DNA of 63,575 nucleotides, counting the filler, from Octopus bimaculoides (Eukaryota), in NCBI RefSeq assembly GCF_001194135.2. It is 5 parts of 5 records of this genome, joined end to end, with 100 filler letters (N's around TTAATTAATTAA, not from the genome) between each part and the next. Parts side by side here need not be neighbours in the genome. Positions count along the whole stretch, not along the records: positions 1 to 9,371 come from NC_068985.1; positions 9,472 to 28,827 come from NC_068987.1; 3 more parts are not named here. One strand, written 5' to 3'. The notes below the pieces were generated by a model, which was not told the DNA's origin, searched no databases, and saw only the letters and a list, made by a program, of their open reading frames with translations. This document shows positions 1 to 13,255 of the stretch, in pieces (position 1 is the stretch's first letter; each line of letters opens with the position of its first letter). Both the position numbers and the translations under genes were made by a program.

Positions 1-37
1 AATAATAATAATAGAAAAACAACATAATAATAATAAT

Positions 38-68
<31 letters not shown>

Positions 69-79
69 GAAAAAACAAC

Positions 80-118
<39 letters not shown>

Positions 119-142
119 TTAATAATAATAATAATAGTAACA
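1..142. repeat. (AAT)n microsatellite with a duplicated interruption
   Basis: AAT runs; agaaaaacaacata occurs twice. Confidence 0.9.
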
Positions 143-332
143 ATAAATTTATGTAATCCCCCAAATAGTCTATGTAATCCCCAAAATCTATATAATCCCT
201 AAAATATTTTAGTCTGTAAACAGTGTCAAAATACTTTTAAATATACGTAAGAGCAAACCCGTTTCACTGTCATCTTAGCATCAGATTATCATCTTATAAT
301 AAAGTTACTTTTATAACAAAATTATAATTTAC

Positions 333-440
333 TTATGTTTTGACAGACAATCTCTAGAACAATGCTCCGTGCAAAACCAAATGTATGGCTCCCTAGGCAT
401 AACACCAGTTTGAACTTGTAACTTGTCTCTTGAGAGGTCT
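333..440 (-). CDS. Candidate isolated exon (TSQETSYKFKLVLCLGSHTFGFARSIVLEIVCQNI; loosely like Ig F-G strands)
   Basis: Acceptor tcttacccag|AG and donor ATAA|gtaaat. 108 nt, phase 1 to phase 1. Cannot be linked to the SEA exons, and a second frame is also open. Confidence 0.2.
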
Positions 441-1874
441 CTGGGTAAGACTTACGGTCAATTTGCACAAATACAAACAAAAGCCAAGCATATAATAACA
501 ACAACAACAATAATAATAATAATAATGATGATGATAATGATAATCCTTTCTGCTTTAGTCACAAAGCCTAGATTTTAGTGGGAAGGGAGACAATCGATCG
601 CATCGATCCCAGTACTTGAACAGTACTTAATTTTTAGTCCCCGAAATATATACAATTTATTGTATAAAGTCATTGGATAGACATTTTAATTGGAATCTTT
701 TTTGTCTCATATGTACTAGGTGCTCTTATATAAACCTTCGATTTTGTGTTCTGATGCATAACACTGTACCTACACAACCAAATGTATTTCTGGAATACAA
801 ATATGACATACAAGGGTGATTTGCTAACTACCTCTATTAGTGATACCCGCATTGTTTTTGATATTGACGATAATATTCAAAATACAACTATAGCGAAATA
901 AAATGGAGGGCGGTTGGCAATATATACAATATTGAAAACTGGAACTCTGAATTCATTTAAGGAACGGCTATCATTAAATCAAATTCTAACTAGCTTAGTA
1001 ATTACTATATCAATTTCATAGTTATCCTTTCCTGTTCATTGTGATATTTTAAATCAGAAACTAGAATTCATATTCAAAATTTTAAGGAATGTATTTTAGA
1101 AGAATATTTATGCCATCATATATATCTTATATTTTAAATTGTATGACATATTAGCTTTTCAATTATAATTCTGTGTTTCTATGGTTCCTTTTGTTTATGT
1201 GTGGTTGTCTTTGTTATTTATTTCAATAGATATTTCAATTAATCACCATATCATATAATTCAGATTAATTCTTCTCAATCTTTTTCACATAGACTATAAT
1301 TTTCTATTGCATTACATACAACGTGAGAGGTGTCAGAGTTTGAAGCAGCTTTTTTTTTTCTTCTAAGCTGTTTTACAAATACGAACGTTAAACAATGTGT
1401 GCACACACAAGATATTCAAAACGGAATCCAACATTTTTAAAGGAAAAATTCTCAGTGATAGCCATTCACATGGATGCTCATATACTTTGCAATGAAAGAC
1501 AAAATTTGCACAGTAAATTTCCAATGAGACCTACAGCATATTCAGAGAATATTGGTTGTCATATTGGTTTAAAATGTTTGCACATCCCGAAAGGATAAAA
1601 CGGTAAAGTAGACCCCGGCGGAATTTGAACTCAACGTAACGGCTGAAGAAATATTGTTAGGCATTTCATTCGGTATGCTAACAATTCTGCCAGTTCGTTG
1701 CCTTCAACACTGACTGTGATATTGATATTGCCAGGCAGAATATCTGGCATTATTTAATACAAGTGGAGGTGTGTATGTCAGGGCGCCTGGCTCATGATCG
1801 TAAGATCGTGGTTTCGAATCCGGGACAAAATTTCAGGCCTTGTGACTATAGTAGAAAATATTATTTACATACAA

Positions 1875-2090
1875 GACGTCGTGCTGGCAGAGTCGTTAGC
1901 ACGCCGAGGGGAATGCTTAGCGGCATTTCGTCCGTCTTCGTTTTCTGAGTTCAAATTCCATTGAGGTTGACTTTGCCTTTCATCCCCTCGAGGTCGACAA
2001 AATAAGTATCAGTTGAGTACGGGAGTCGATGTAATTGATTTAAATCCGCCTCGAAAATTGCTAGCTCTGTTCCAGACTTTGAAATCATTG
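1875..2090 (+). mobile_element. SINE family A copy (tRNA-like head, Meta/Sauria-like central domain)
   Basis: Pattern gctggcaga-tcgttagcacgccg...gagttcaaattcc...ctttgcctttcatcc...gtcga.aaa.taagta.cag is shared with more than 10 other copies in the window. Partial minus-strand copies lie at ~540-650 and ~1590-1705. Confidence 0.85.
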
Positions 2091-2678
2091 TTCGAATAAC
2101 ACCACTCTCAGGATTTGCCTTTCTCTTCTGTTAACCTTTAAAATAAACTCCAGCCGTATTGGATCCCATTTTCTCCACCCCATAAAATAACTAACATAGT
2201 AACATTTTACGCTTTACTATGCATTAAATGGAAATATTAAGAACTATTTTCATGAGATGGTATGAAATCCTGACACACAGAAAAGTTACAGTGAGTTCAT
2301 CATTACAAATCAATAATTTATTGATTGATTCATAATGAAGAAAAAATATGTTTCACCCAAGGGTATTTCAACGCAGAATAAAATCAGAAAGCACCAAAGT
2401 ATTCAATACAACATGGCTTTCTATGAGGTTAATCTCTTTCGTCGCTTCGGCTTAAATAGTAATTGAATTAATCTAGGTGGCATGATTCCTAATCTACACA
2501 AGGATTTAAAATACATCTACGGTACACGCATCCGATCAGAATTTATACTAACGAAGTAAGAATCATGCAACTGTAAAACTAGATTCCATATTTGATGTGT
2601 ATACATACACACACACATATAGGATATATAAGCATACACACACACACTGTCACTTATACACACTCATGCACACTCACA

Positions 2679-2741
<63 letters not shown>

Positions 2742-3553
2742 CAATGGTAAAATATGCTCTCATGTGTAACTATATCTCCTTCGTTGTGAATTGGACAATG
2801 TTATGAAATTGAATTTGCGACAATGAGGTTCTTCAATTTTTTTTGTTTGTTGAGATGTCTGGAAGCCAATGGTTAATGATACCTTGCTTGTCATCCAGTT
2901 AATTAGCTTGGGAACAAAACCGCTAATAGGATGTTCTGCGCTACAGTACATGCCTCTTCAGTCGATACTAAAGAGATTCTTGATTAATTTGATCATCTAA
3001 TTTGCATACCATCATTATCCAATGGCTAAACAAAATCAATAAATTAGAAGTTGTACGATTCACCTAATTATACTCTCCGGATATTCGGCTTCTGCTGTTG
3101 ATATATCTGTTTAACTTCTTAATAGAAATAATATTTGCAGTTTAAGACACAAAACTTGGTTTATTTAACCTCGTGCTTATTTCAAAAGTTCAGAAACATT
3201 ATTGAAGATCTTAAATTTCAGGACGATAAATTAGTAACTTTCACCTCGCTGACTCCCAAAACGTGCATTAATTCTTCTCTGAATATTAATATCTCATGAT
3301 ATTTTTTTCTTTTATAAGCTGCTAGATTTTTCACTAATAAATTCTGTTTCAACATTATCAAAAATTTTAAGGAAACAAATATCATTGGCTTCTGCGATAA
3401 TGTATTTCCTGAGAATGCATTAGTGATTTCCCAAGCAGGAATGTCCTTAGTTGGTTAGAGTGTAGTGACAACTATTAAAGTAGTATTACAGGTGATGGTG
3501 TTTGTGGTATATCAATGGTGCTCATGATAGTGAGTGATAAATATCTCATCAAT

Positions 3554-3588
<35 letters not shown>

Positions 3589-5116
3589 NNNNNNNNNNNN
3601 NNNNNNNNNNNNNNNNNNNNNNNNNNNNNNNNNNNNNNNNNNNNNNNNNNNNNNNNNNNNNNNNNNNNNNNNNNNNNNNNNNNNNNNNNNNNNNNNNNNN
3701 NNNNNNNNNNNNNNNNNNNNNNNNNNNNNNNNNNNNNNNNNNNNNNNNNNNNNNNNNNNNNNNNNNNNNNNNNNNNNNNNNNNNNNNNNNNNNNNNNNNN
3801 NNNNNNNNNNNNNNNNNNNNNNNNNNNNNNNNNNNNNNNNNNNNNNNNNNNNNNNNNNNNNNNNNNNNNNNNNNNNNNNNNNNNNNNNNNNNNNNNNNNN
3901 NNNNNNNNNNNNNNNNNNNNNNNNNNNNNNNNNNNNNNNNNNNNNNNNNNNNNNNNNNNNNNNNNNNNNNNNNNNNNNNNNNNNNNNNNNNNNNNNNNNN
4001 NNNNNNNNNNNNNNNNNNNNNNNNNNNNNNNNNNNNNNNNNNNNNNNNNNNNNNNNNNNNNNNNNNNNNNNNNNNNNNNNNNNNNNNNNNNNNNNNNNNN
4101 NNNNNNNNNNNNNNNNNNNNNATATATATATATATATATTATTGGTAATATATTTGAATACTAGTTTCGCCGAGTTGTTATACTGACTAATATTAACGTA
4201 ACCATATTATATTTTGCATTGGAAAATAGAAAGAGAAAAGAAGTGGGAAATAAGCTGAAGGAGTAGTGCCTGGGTTTCTGAACCAATCGTGAGATACGTT
4301 CTCGATCCCCTTCGCCAATTGCTATAACAGAAGGTGTTGCAATATAATTCAAACTCGAATTAACATACTACTGCAGTTGATAAATATCTTAATTGGGGTA
4401 CATATATATTAGATAGCTTATAAGTAATTGAGCAATATATACTTTGTCCACTGCGTTATATAAAAAGACTTACTTCCTTCATATCTAAGACTAACCTACG
4501 GTACATACCGACAGAGATATTATTGATTACATCGACAGTTCGTTTTAGAAATATACGGTTCCGAGTTAAATATTACTTTGGAGTGAAACATTCTGATTTT
4601 TACGATTGTAGATTTAATTTTTCTTTCAGTCAAACATTCTTGCCTCTTTCAGCAGAGGTAACCGTGTTACAAGTAATTGCTCCACCCTTCCAGTCAAAGG
4701 ATATATTATTTCTGTTAGGTAACTGATAAGCGCAGGCATAGCTATGCAGTAAGAAATTTCTTTCCCAGTTGCGTTGTTCTGGGCTGAATCCCACTGCGTG
4801 GCACCTCCGCAAAGTGTATTCATTCTATAGTGCCGGCCTGACCGCAGTTGTATTACTAGATGTGGTTGGCGTAACTGAAAAAAAAAAGAAAGCATCTCGT
4901 GAGCGCGCACACACATATTATAATTGAACGATTATGAAGCATTGTGTAGAATATATTGTATAAAGGATCGTGAGTAAGGCCAAAATAATGCAAGGTAAAT
5001 CACAAGAAAACAAATATGTGAATTAATGTAGACTTTCCTTGTATTCAATATTTAGGGGTTATGACCCCATCTTCAAGAAATCGTTGATTTCTTGAAAATG
5101 GGGTTATATATATATA

Positions 5117-6062
5117 TACCAGGTCATTAAGTATAAAGTGTCCGATTTTCTTATGCACCGAGTTTGACAGTCTTTAATTCTAATAATTTATTCTCACAAT
5201 TCTTTGTTTTGCAACATTGAAGGGTTACATTATCACTTGGGAAATGCAATTCATGGTGTCTTATTATATTATGAATTTTCCTTTGGATATCAATTTTTGT
5301 GAACCCATGAATATGAGTTCCCTCGCCGAACCAATGTATCCCAGAAAGCTCAAAACATTAATGAGGTATTTGGTGAAGTTGTGGCGAATAAGCGTGCTGT
5401 GTGTAGATGGTATGAGAAGTTCGGTGTGGTCACCTTACTTATGGGAATCAGACCCATGGTAGACCTGAAGCCAAGGTGGCTAATGATGAGCTGGCAACTA
5501 TAGTCGAAGCAGACACATCTCAATCTACGCGTGAGTTAGCAGCAAGGTTTGATGTTTCGATTACCACTGTATTTGACCATCTGAAAAAAATCGACAAGAT
5601 AAAGCAGCTGGAGAAGTGGGTACCACACGACCTAAACGAGTATCAAATGACACGTCGTCTTGAAACCTGCTGTTGTTTGCTGTCACGGAATAAAAGCGAA
5701 CTGATTTTGCATCGGCTGATGAAAAATGGATCCTTTTCCCCAATAACAAGCGGCCTGCACGGTGTGTGGATAGAGACAAAACAAAATTCAAAAACCAATA
5801 TTCACCAAATATAATGCTAATGGTGGTCCAGTGCTGGTGTCATCCACTACAACTTCATGAGACCCGGTAAGTCAATTGCAGTGGATGTATACGTCAGCCG
5901 ATTAGATGAAATGATGAGCGAACTTGCAATTAAACAACCGATATTAGTCAATAGAGACACTTCTCTTGCAAGACAATCATCGTCGACATGTTGCACAAAG
6001 TACGTTGCTCATGTTACAGGTACAGAACTTGGAAGTCCTCTATCATCCATCATGTTCACCAG
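5117..6062 (+). mobile_element. Mariner transposon remnant, frameshifted, truncated at the YSPD motif
   Basis: TIR-like start after (TA)n. Translated fragments include STRELAARFDVSITTVFDHLKKI, KWVPHDL, DEKWI, QDN and HPSCSPD. Confidence 0.9.
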
Positions 6063-6480
6063 ATGCTTTCGACATCGACATTGCTGCAACTCTAAACCCA
6101 GAAGGGCGTCCAGTAGCTTTCTTCTCAAGGACTCTTAACTGCCAGCGAGCAACATCACTTTGCCGTTGAGAAGGAATCTTATGTTATTGTGGAAACAACA
6201 AGGAAATGGAGACAGTTCTTATTGAGAAACCATTTCAAACTTATCACTGACCAGAAATCAGTTGTCTTCATCTATGACACCCATCAAAAGGGTAAAGTCA
6301 AGAATAACAAAATACAAAGCTGGAAGATAGAACTCTCCTGTTTTAGCTATGAAACTGTTTACTGACCTGGGACAGATAATAAGGGACCCGACTGTTTGTC
6401 TCGTGATTATTGCGCAGCATTGTTATCGGTAGATCTGAAAAGGTAACATGGAACATTAAGTCATCCAGGTATTCTTCAGA
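6063..6480 (+). mobile_element. Gypsy/Ty3 pol fragment (RNase H to start of the integrase zinc-binding region)
   Basis: DAFDIDIAATLNPEGRPVAFFSRTL, KNNKIQSWKIELSCFSY, PDCLSR and LSHPGI, broken by stops and frameshifts. Confidence 0.85.
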
Positions 6481-7064
6481 TTATTACTATCGATGAAAAC
6501 AGAGCTAAGGTAGGGGAAATTAGAATGCAAACTTATATAATTAGGTGCTACCTTATGTTTCACCATTGTGTTTGTGTGTAACAATGCTTTGGTTGTTCCA
6601 AGTGATCTTCAAATAACCAAGGCAGAATTCCAAGCAACCACAAAGCCGTCATCATGAATGTACGAAGAAACTAATAGAATAAAACAGTGCTTATCGTAAT
6701 CGCGCATACACACACACGCACACACACGCACACAAACATAGACACATACACCCACCTACACACAAAAACACAGACACGTGTGTATATGATAGTCCCCCAC
6801 CCGCTTGGCAACTATTGCTCTTTTGTTTCTTCTTTGGTAGACGACACGGATAGTACAACTATCAGTGAGAGGATAAGATTAAATATTAGTGTCGATTTGA
6901 TCAAGAAAATCCTTCGAAGTGATTTTGTTGCATGTCCAATCAGCAATGACTGTAACAGATAAAATAATAAATCAAAAATATATAAGCGTGAAAAAATTTT
7001 TATTTGCTTCCGTAAGATATTTGTATTTTGAAGACATGCAATTAACGTTAATACCATTCTTACG

Positions 7065-7438
7065 GGAGGCGCAATGGCCCAGTAGGTTAGGGCAGCGGAA
7101 TCTCGGTCGTAGGATCGCGGTTTCGATTTTCAGACCGGGCATTGTGAGTGTTTATTGAGCGAAAACACCTAAAGCTCGACGAGGCTCCGGCAGGGGATGG
7201 TGGCGAACCCTTCTGTACTCTATCACCACAACTTTCTCTCACTCTTACTTCCTGTTTCTGTCGTGCCTGTGATTAAAAGGGCCACACTGTATCACGCTGA
7301 ATATCCCCTAGAACTACCTTAAGGGTACACGTGTCTGTGCAGTGCTCAGCCACTTGCACGTTTATTTCACGAGCAGGCTGTTCCGTTGATCGGATCAACT
7401 GGAACACTCGACGTCGTAAGCGACGGAGTGCCAACTAA
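7065..7438 (+). mobile_element. Full-length tRNA-derived SINE, family B, with 10-bp TSD
   Basis: tRNA-like head ggaggcgcaatggcccagtaggttagggc...ggtttcgatt. TSD cattcttacg at 7055-7064 and 7439-7448. Near-identical copy at 55142-55533. Confidence 0.92.
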
Positions 7439-8629
7439 CATTCTTACGATTACCCTGAATTATTATCTCAGTGTCCTTCAAATCAAAATAACTGCCGGTG
7501 TGTAAGAAATAGAAAAGAAAGGCAATAAAATAAAGATCTTGCATTAAAGATACATACAATTTAAATCAACTTGATTCGGCATATATCGCAGTTATTCTGG
7601 AAAGAAATCAATGGCCTTAATGAACATCCCAGATAAACATAAATAAGAAGAGGTAAATTTAATGGATTATTTTAGAGACGTACAAAGCAAGTATTTGCTA
7701 AATGATAGAATGCATTCTAGAGATCCAGTATCTTTGTTCCTTTTTAAGCAACATGTGATATAACAAGTATTAGGTAATTACAATGTCACGGGGAACACAT
7801 TCAGAGAATAATGTATTCTATTGATATTCTGATTCTGTAGGTGTGACAATATTAAGGAATGTGAAGTATCATTTAATTAATTTAATCAATTGAAGCATAA
7901 CAGGATGCGTACAGGTGATTACGTTAATAAGCATATTCTGGAACTTGTGAAATGATTCGGATTATCCTCAGAGATTAATTATAAAGTGTCATGGAATTAC
8001 TGGCAATCAAGAAAACTAAAATCAACGGAAAGCAATGTAAGTGGGAAGAGAATATAGGAAAAAGATGTACGGGGGATGAATTAATGAAGGGACTTATTTT
8101 TATTAATACGTATATGTAAAAAAGACAATGGCATGTGTACACACACACACACACANNNNNNNNNNNNNNNNNNNNNNNNNNNNNNNNNNNNNNNNNNNNN
8201 NNNNNNNNNNNNNNNNNNNNNNNNNNNNNNNNNNNNNNNNNNNNNNNNNNNNNNNNNNNNNNNNNNNNNNNNNNNNNNNNNNNNNNNNNNNNNNNNNNNN
8301 NNNNNNNNNNNNNNNNNNNNNNNNNNNNNNNNNNNNNNNNNNNNNNNNNNNNNNNNNNNNNNNNNNNNNNNNNNNNNNNNNNNNNNNNNNNNNNNNNNNN
8401 NNNNNNNNNNNNNNNNNNNNNNNNNNNNNNNNNNNNNNNNNNNNNNNNNNNNNNNNNNNNNNNNNNNNNNNNNNNNNNNNNNNNNNNNNNNNNNNNNNNN
8501 NNNNNNNNNNNNNNNNNNNNNNNNNNNNNNNNNNNNNNNNNNNNNNNNNNNNNNNNNNNNNNNNNNNNNNNNNNNNNNNNNNNNNNNNNNNNNNNNNNNN
8601 NNNNNNNNNNNNNNNNNNNNNNNNNNNNN

Positions 8630-8707
<78 letters not shown>

Positions 8708-9415
8708 AATGTATATATACCATTTTGTTTATCGGGAAATAAATATAAGCTTAGCATGATCTTTCTCACTTCTCCTTACAAACCAAGATACATATAAAAA
8801 AACACTTCTATCAAAAGACATTTTTTATCAAAAGACATGTATCTTACACCTCATTAACACCAACACCAAGGCACACACCTAAAACATAGAAAATTATTAA
8901 AAGAAAGAATTTGGAAAAACATCTAGTCATTAGATTTCTGACCAAAAGTCAACTATTCAAATAGTTTCGCAAAACACTCCTTTAACACCTCACCTTCTCC
9001 CACCTCCACCTCCATTCAAGTATCGTGTGTTGATCATCATTTACTACTTTCTTTCAGCTACCATTCATGAACAGTCTTTCAGTCCCAAACTGATTAACAA
9101 TCCACAAATCTACCTCAAACGCAGCCAATATAGAATCCTTAGATCTGTTTGACAACGAATGAAGTAAAATTCATATCATTAAAAAAAAAATTTAAATGAT
9201 AAATTAAACTGATTAGAATTATCAGTAAAGTCATTCTTTTTCTTTGTTGAAATATATATATATATATATATATATATAGCTCTCCTGAAATAAGAATTTC
9301 TTACTTCCGGTCAGCCATTGTTATGATCGGCCATTATTATGATTGACCGTTGACTGAACACTATTCAATTTNNNNNNNNNNNNNNNNNNNNNNNNNNNNN
9401 NNNNNNNNNNNNNNN

Positions 9416-9427
9416 TTAATTAATTAA
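9416..9427. other. Assembly linker TTAATTAATTAA inside a 100-bp join (also 28872-28883, 55954-55965, 62212-62223)
   Basis: 44 N + 12 bp + 44 N, identical at four sites. Confidence 0.95.
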
Positions 9428-9542
9428 NNNNNNNNNNNNNNNNNNNNNNNNNNNNNNNNNNNNNNNNNNNNGTTGTTATTGTATTTCTGCTTCGTCCTGT
9501 TATTAGTCTTATTAATCCTAGTAGTATTATTGGTATTGGTGT

Positions 9543-11170
9543 TTACACTGTTGTTGGTATTTTTGGTGTTATGTGGTTTGGCTTTAGGATCCTTTGTATT
9601 TCTATTTTATTATGTTTAACTGTGTCCTTCATATTGTTAGTGTGGTTTGCAGCAGGGTTTGGTGTATTATTAGTGTATGTGTTGCTAGCGTTTAGATTCC
9701 CTTTATTTGGGTCTTTTTTATGGTTATTGGGTTCTATGAATTTAATTTTATGGTTGAATCCTGCTTTATGTAGTGCGATGTTATAGGTTTCCTTATGCTT
9801 ATTAAAAATATCTCGGTTAGAGGAGAGGCATGATATCTTATTGCTTATACTATGTACTAAGCCTCTCTTAAGGAATAGCAGGTGGTTACTGGATGCGTTT
9901 ATATAATTTAGGTTAGTGTTTGGCTTTATGTAAGGTTCATGGAGTCCTGTGGCTAGGTTGCAATTGGCGTCTAAGTAGTTTATGGAGGTGTGTTCATTTT
10001 CTCTAGAAATGGTTAGTCCAAATCTTTTGAAGAATTTATATAGGTTTTTCTTGATGAGTTCAAGTTTCTTATTAGAGAGATTTTTAACTACGAACAGCGC
10101 GTCGTCCCTGTATAAGCCACCTTTGAGATGTGGGAATTCCTCCTGTATGTACGAAAGCAAATATATGCCCACTAAATCGGTTATCTGACCTGAATCCGGG
10201 GCTCCCATGGTGATATGGAAGGAGTTTGGGGAGTCCTTACGGACCCAGAGTTTGTTATCAAAGCTTATAACTGATTTCCTTGCTTCAAGTATTACTTTAA
10301 TTTCTTTCCTAGTTAGATGTGAGTGGTTTTTGGCGAATATTAGGGCACTATTTAGGCACTAATTGAGGAGTAGTAGTCTGCTATGTCTATCTGTATGAAT
10401 TTATAGCTATTTGTGTTCAGTATTTTGGAGAACCAATTTAGGGCTTCGTATGTGTTGGACCATAATTCGAGGGAGAGTCTACTTTTTAGCGTAGGGATGT
10501 ACTTATCTAGTATTAGTTTACTTAATTTACATAGGTCTGATCTATTTGGGCATATTAATCTAACTTTAGTGTCTGTTAGGAAGTTAGGTTTATGGTCTTT
10601 TAGAGTGATTCTAGGTCTAAGTGGTACAAATGGCTCAGTTTTTTCAGCTAAATTATAGTCTAAAATGATGTCCTTGGCTTCTAAGTTCATGGATCGTAAG
10701 GTGCTATCTGGTGCTACTTTATATTTTTTTGTTATTTCTTTGTGTAGCAGTTGGTGGTATAAGTTAATATCCATAGTGTAAGAATTTCTAGTTCTGTCCG
10801 AGTGGACAATAATTCCATTCTGTGATTTTAGCTTTTGCAGGAGGTCCTTAAGGTATCTTTGGTAATTATTATTCCTTAGTGGGTGTCGCTTGAATTTAAT
10901 GTTTTTGTTGGTATTCCATACTTCGTTTTCGAATGTTTCCAAGTGGCTATTTAGTGGAGGAGTTTTCTTGGTTTTAAAGATTCCTTTGGTGAATTGATTA
11001 TTATTGCTGTGGTTCAGTGGCTCATTATGGGCATTTTTATCATAGAATGATGCCTTCCAACGCAAGCGGTGGGTGAAGTCGGTTATTTTGCTGATAACTT
11101 CCTTAAGGTATACATTTTTGGGTGGTATTGGTATGTCCTTTAGAGATGCTTCTATTAGTATCTGCTCCAT
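9543..11170 (-). mobile_element. Penelope-like element reverse transcriptase, one frameshift near 10350
   Basis: SLKDIPIPPKNVYLKEVISKITDFTHRLRWKA, RITLKDHKPNF, RLICP, QIDIADYYSSI, MGAPDSGQITDLVGIYLL, GLYRDDAL and INYLD. Gaps on both sides. Confidence 0.9.
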
Positions 11171-11989
11171 TGTTCAGTATGCGCCTATTTAAAGCTGGTT
11201 AAGGCAGTCTTAGTCAGAGGTATGTAAATAGGTAAATGATAGGATTGCTNNNNNNNNNNNNNNNNNNNNNNNNNNNNNNNNNNNNNNNNNNNNNNNNNNN
11301 NNNNNNNNNNNNNNNNNNNNNNNNNNNNNNNNNNNNNNNNNNNNNNNNNTCTGCAAAACCCCAGGGTTCCCTGAAAGTTATCAGGGGTTCCACGTTTTTA
11401 AAAATAATTTTGAAGGATTCAAGAATGAGGACAGAAACAGGTATGTTGCTATAGAGATACATGGTTAAACCAGTCAGAGGGAGAAAGCAAGAGAAAGAAA
11501 GTGGAAGAGAGCAAGAATGCAAGAGAGAGAGCAGGAGAGAGATGATGGCAAAGTGTCAGGGCATACTCACAAGGAATGGAGATCAGAATATAAATGAGAT
11601 GATAGAGTAGAGCAAGAGAGAGATAGATGGTGCTGCAGTGCCAGTGCATACCCTCAATGTATGGTGTTGAGAATATAAATTGCACGAGTAGGGAGTAGAA
11701 TGCAAAGAGTGCGGGGGTAGGGAATGCAGTGACTGGTGAAACCTGGATATGTATAGAGGGGGTGGGAGAAAACAGGATAGCAATGATACAGTGAGCAGGG
11801 CAGTGAGGAATAGATTGGGGAGCAAAAGAGAAACATATGCATAGTGCATGAAAAAAGAGTCAAAGGGAGGCAGAAAAGAGATGTAGTTTGGTTTGTTGGG
11901 CTAGGGTGAGTGAGAAGTTTTATTACATGTGGGTGGAACCCACAGAGCTTCTAGAACTCAGTTTCACTGAAGTGGGTGGGTCTTCTCAA

Positions 11990-13255
11990 GAACCTCCTAT
12001 CACCATACATCTCAGTCCATTGTCATCTCCTCCATGATGCCCAACATCCAGAGATCAGTCATCACCACTTCATCCCATGTCTGCATGAGTCTCCCTCTTC
12101 CACAGGTACCACCCACTTTCAGTTACTGGCACTGCTTTATACAGCTGTCCTCATTCATACACATTACATGTCCAAACCAACATAGTCATTCTACTGCATG
12201 CTGCATTTAATTCCTCTTATGCCAAACTTTTCTTTTCACACATTTGCATTTGGTCGTACATGAACACTGATGTTGCACATCCAAAGAAGCATACTACCTT
12301 CATTCCTCTCTAGTCTATGCATGTTTTCTGCATTCAGAGCATATGTCTCACTGCCATGGAATATAGCTGTTCATACACAGGCAACATACAATCTACCTTT
12401 CACTCAGAGAGTTCTTTTGTTGCCAACAGAGGTAAGAGCTCTCTGAACTTCCTCCATCCTATTCTTATTCTAGAAACAATACTTTCAGAACATCCTCTAC
12501 CATTGCTAATTTGGTCACCTACGTAACAAAAACTATCTACCACCTCAAGAGAACCTCCTGGGCATTTGAGAGAGCCTAATTATTGTATGTCCTTTGTGTT
12601 TATTGTTCAATTACTTTCAATTCCTTTTCTACATATTGAGCAGGGTCATTTACCTGTCGGAAAGAGACTCTTATCCAATTTCTTGGTAACAGCAACTTTG
12701 GTCTTTGGGTTAACTTTAAGGCCTTTTTGTTCCAGGTTTTGCTTCCATACCTGAAATTTCTTCTTGAATTCCAATACAGATTTTGCTATAAGAACAAGGT
12801 CCATATACTAGTTACCACAAGCATTCTGTTTTGAATTCCTCTGTTATGGTCTGGAGGACTATGATAAATAAGAGTGAACTGAAAACTGAGCCCTGGTAAA
12901 TCCCTAGTTGTACACTAATTTCAACACTGTATTCATGACCAACTCCCACCCTAATGACAGTACTGTTGTACATGGCTTGTACAGCTCTAACAAGTCACTC
13001 GTCTACTCTTAACTTCCTTAGAGACCACCAGATAACAGAGTGAAGGATGCTGTCAAAAGCTTTCTCCAAGTCAACAAAAGCCAAATATAATGGCTTACTT
13101 TTGGCCAAATACTTTTCCCAGGCACAAAATCAAACTGCATCTCATCTACTTTAATTCTATTCCTAATCAATTGAGCTACAACTTTCTCCGTAACTTTCAT
13201 GACCTGATCCAGCAGTTTAATACCTCTGTAGTTTGCTAGCACCAGCTCACCAAGT
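11990..13255 (-). mobile_element. Old RTE LINE RT remnant
   Basis: NYRGIKLLDQVMKVTEKV and MQFDFVPGKS, plus C-terminal RT motifs; heavily mutated and deleted. Confidence 0.8.

Noticed and set aside
2760-2951. ORF with YCSAEHP resembling an Ig strand
   Set aside because: There is an in-frame stop just upstream with no good acceptor, and the Y-x-C spacing is wrong.
3515-4186. Long ORFs made of X or dipeptide repeats (here and at 8-8.8, 17, 46-48.5 and 58.9-60.1 kb)
   Set aside because: Artefacts of N gaps and (AT)n/(CA)n/(GA)n microsatellites.
6564-6670. Possible GPCR TM6-like exon (FLRTFMMTALWLLGILPWLF)
   Set aside because: No GAIN or TM1-5 exons were found upstream, the donor is weak, and it cannot be linked in phase.
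7065-7140. tRNA gene
   Set aside because: SINE head: no complete cloverleaf, continues into a SINE body, and is flanked by a TSD.
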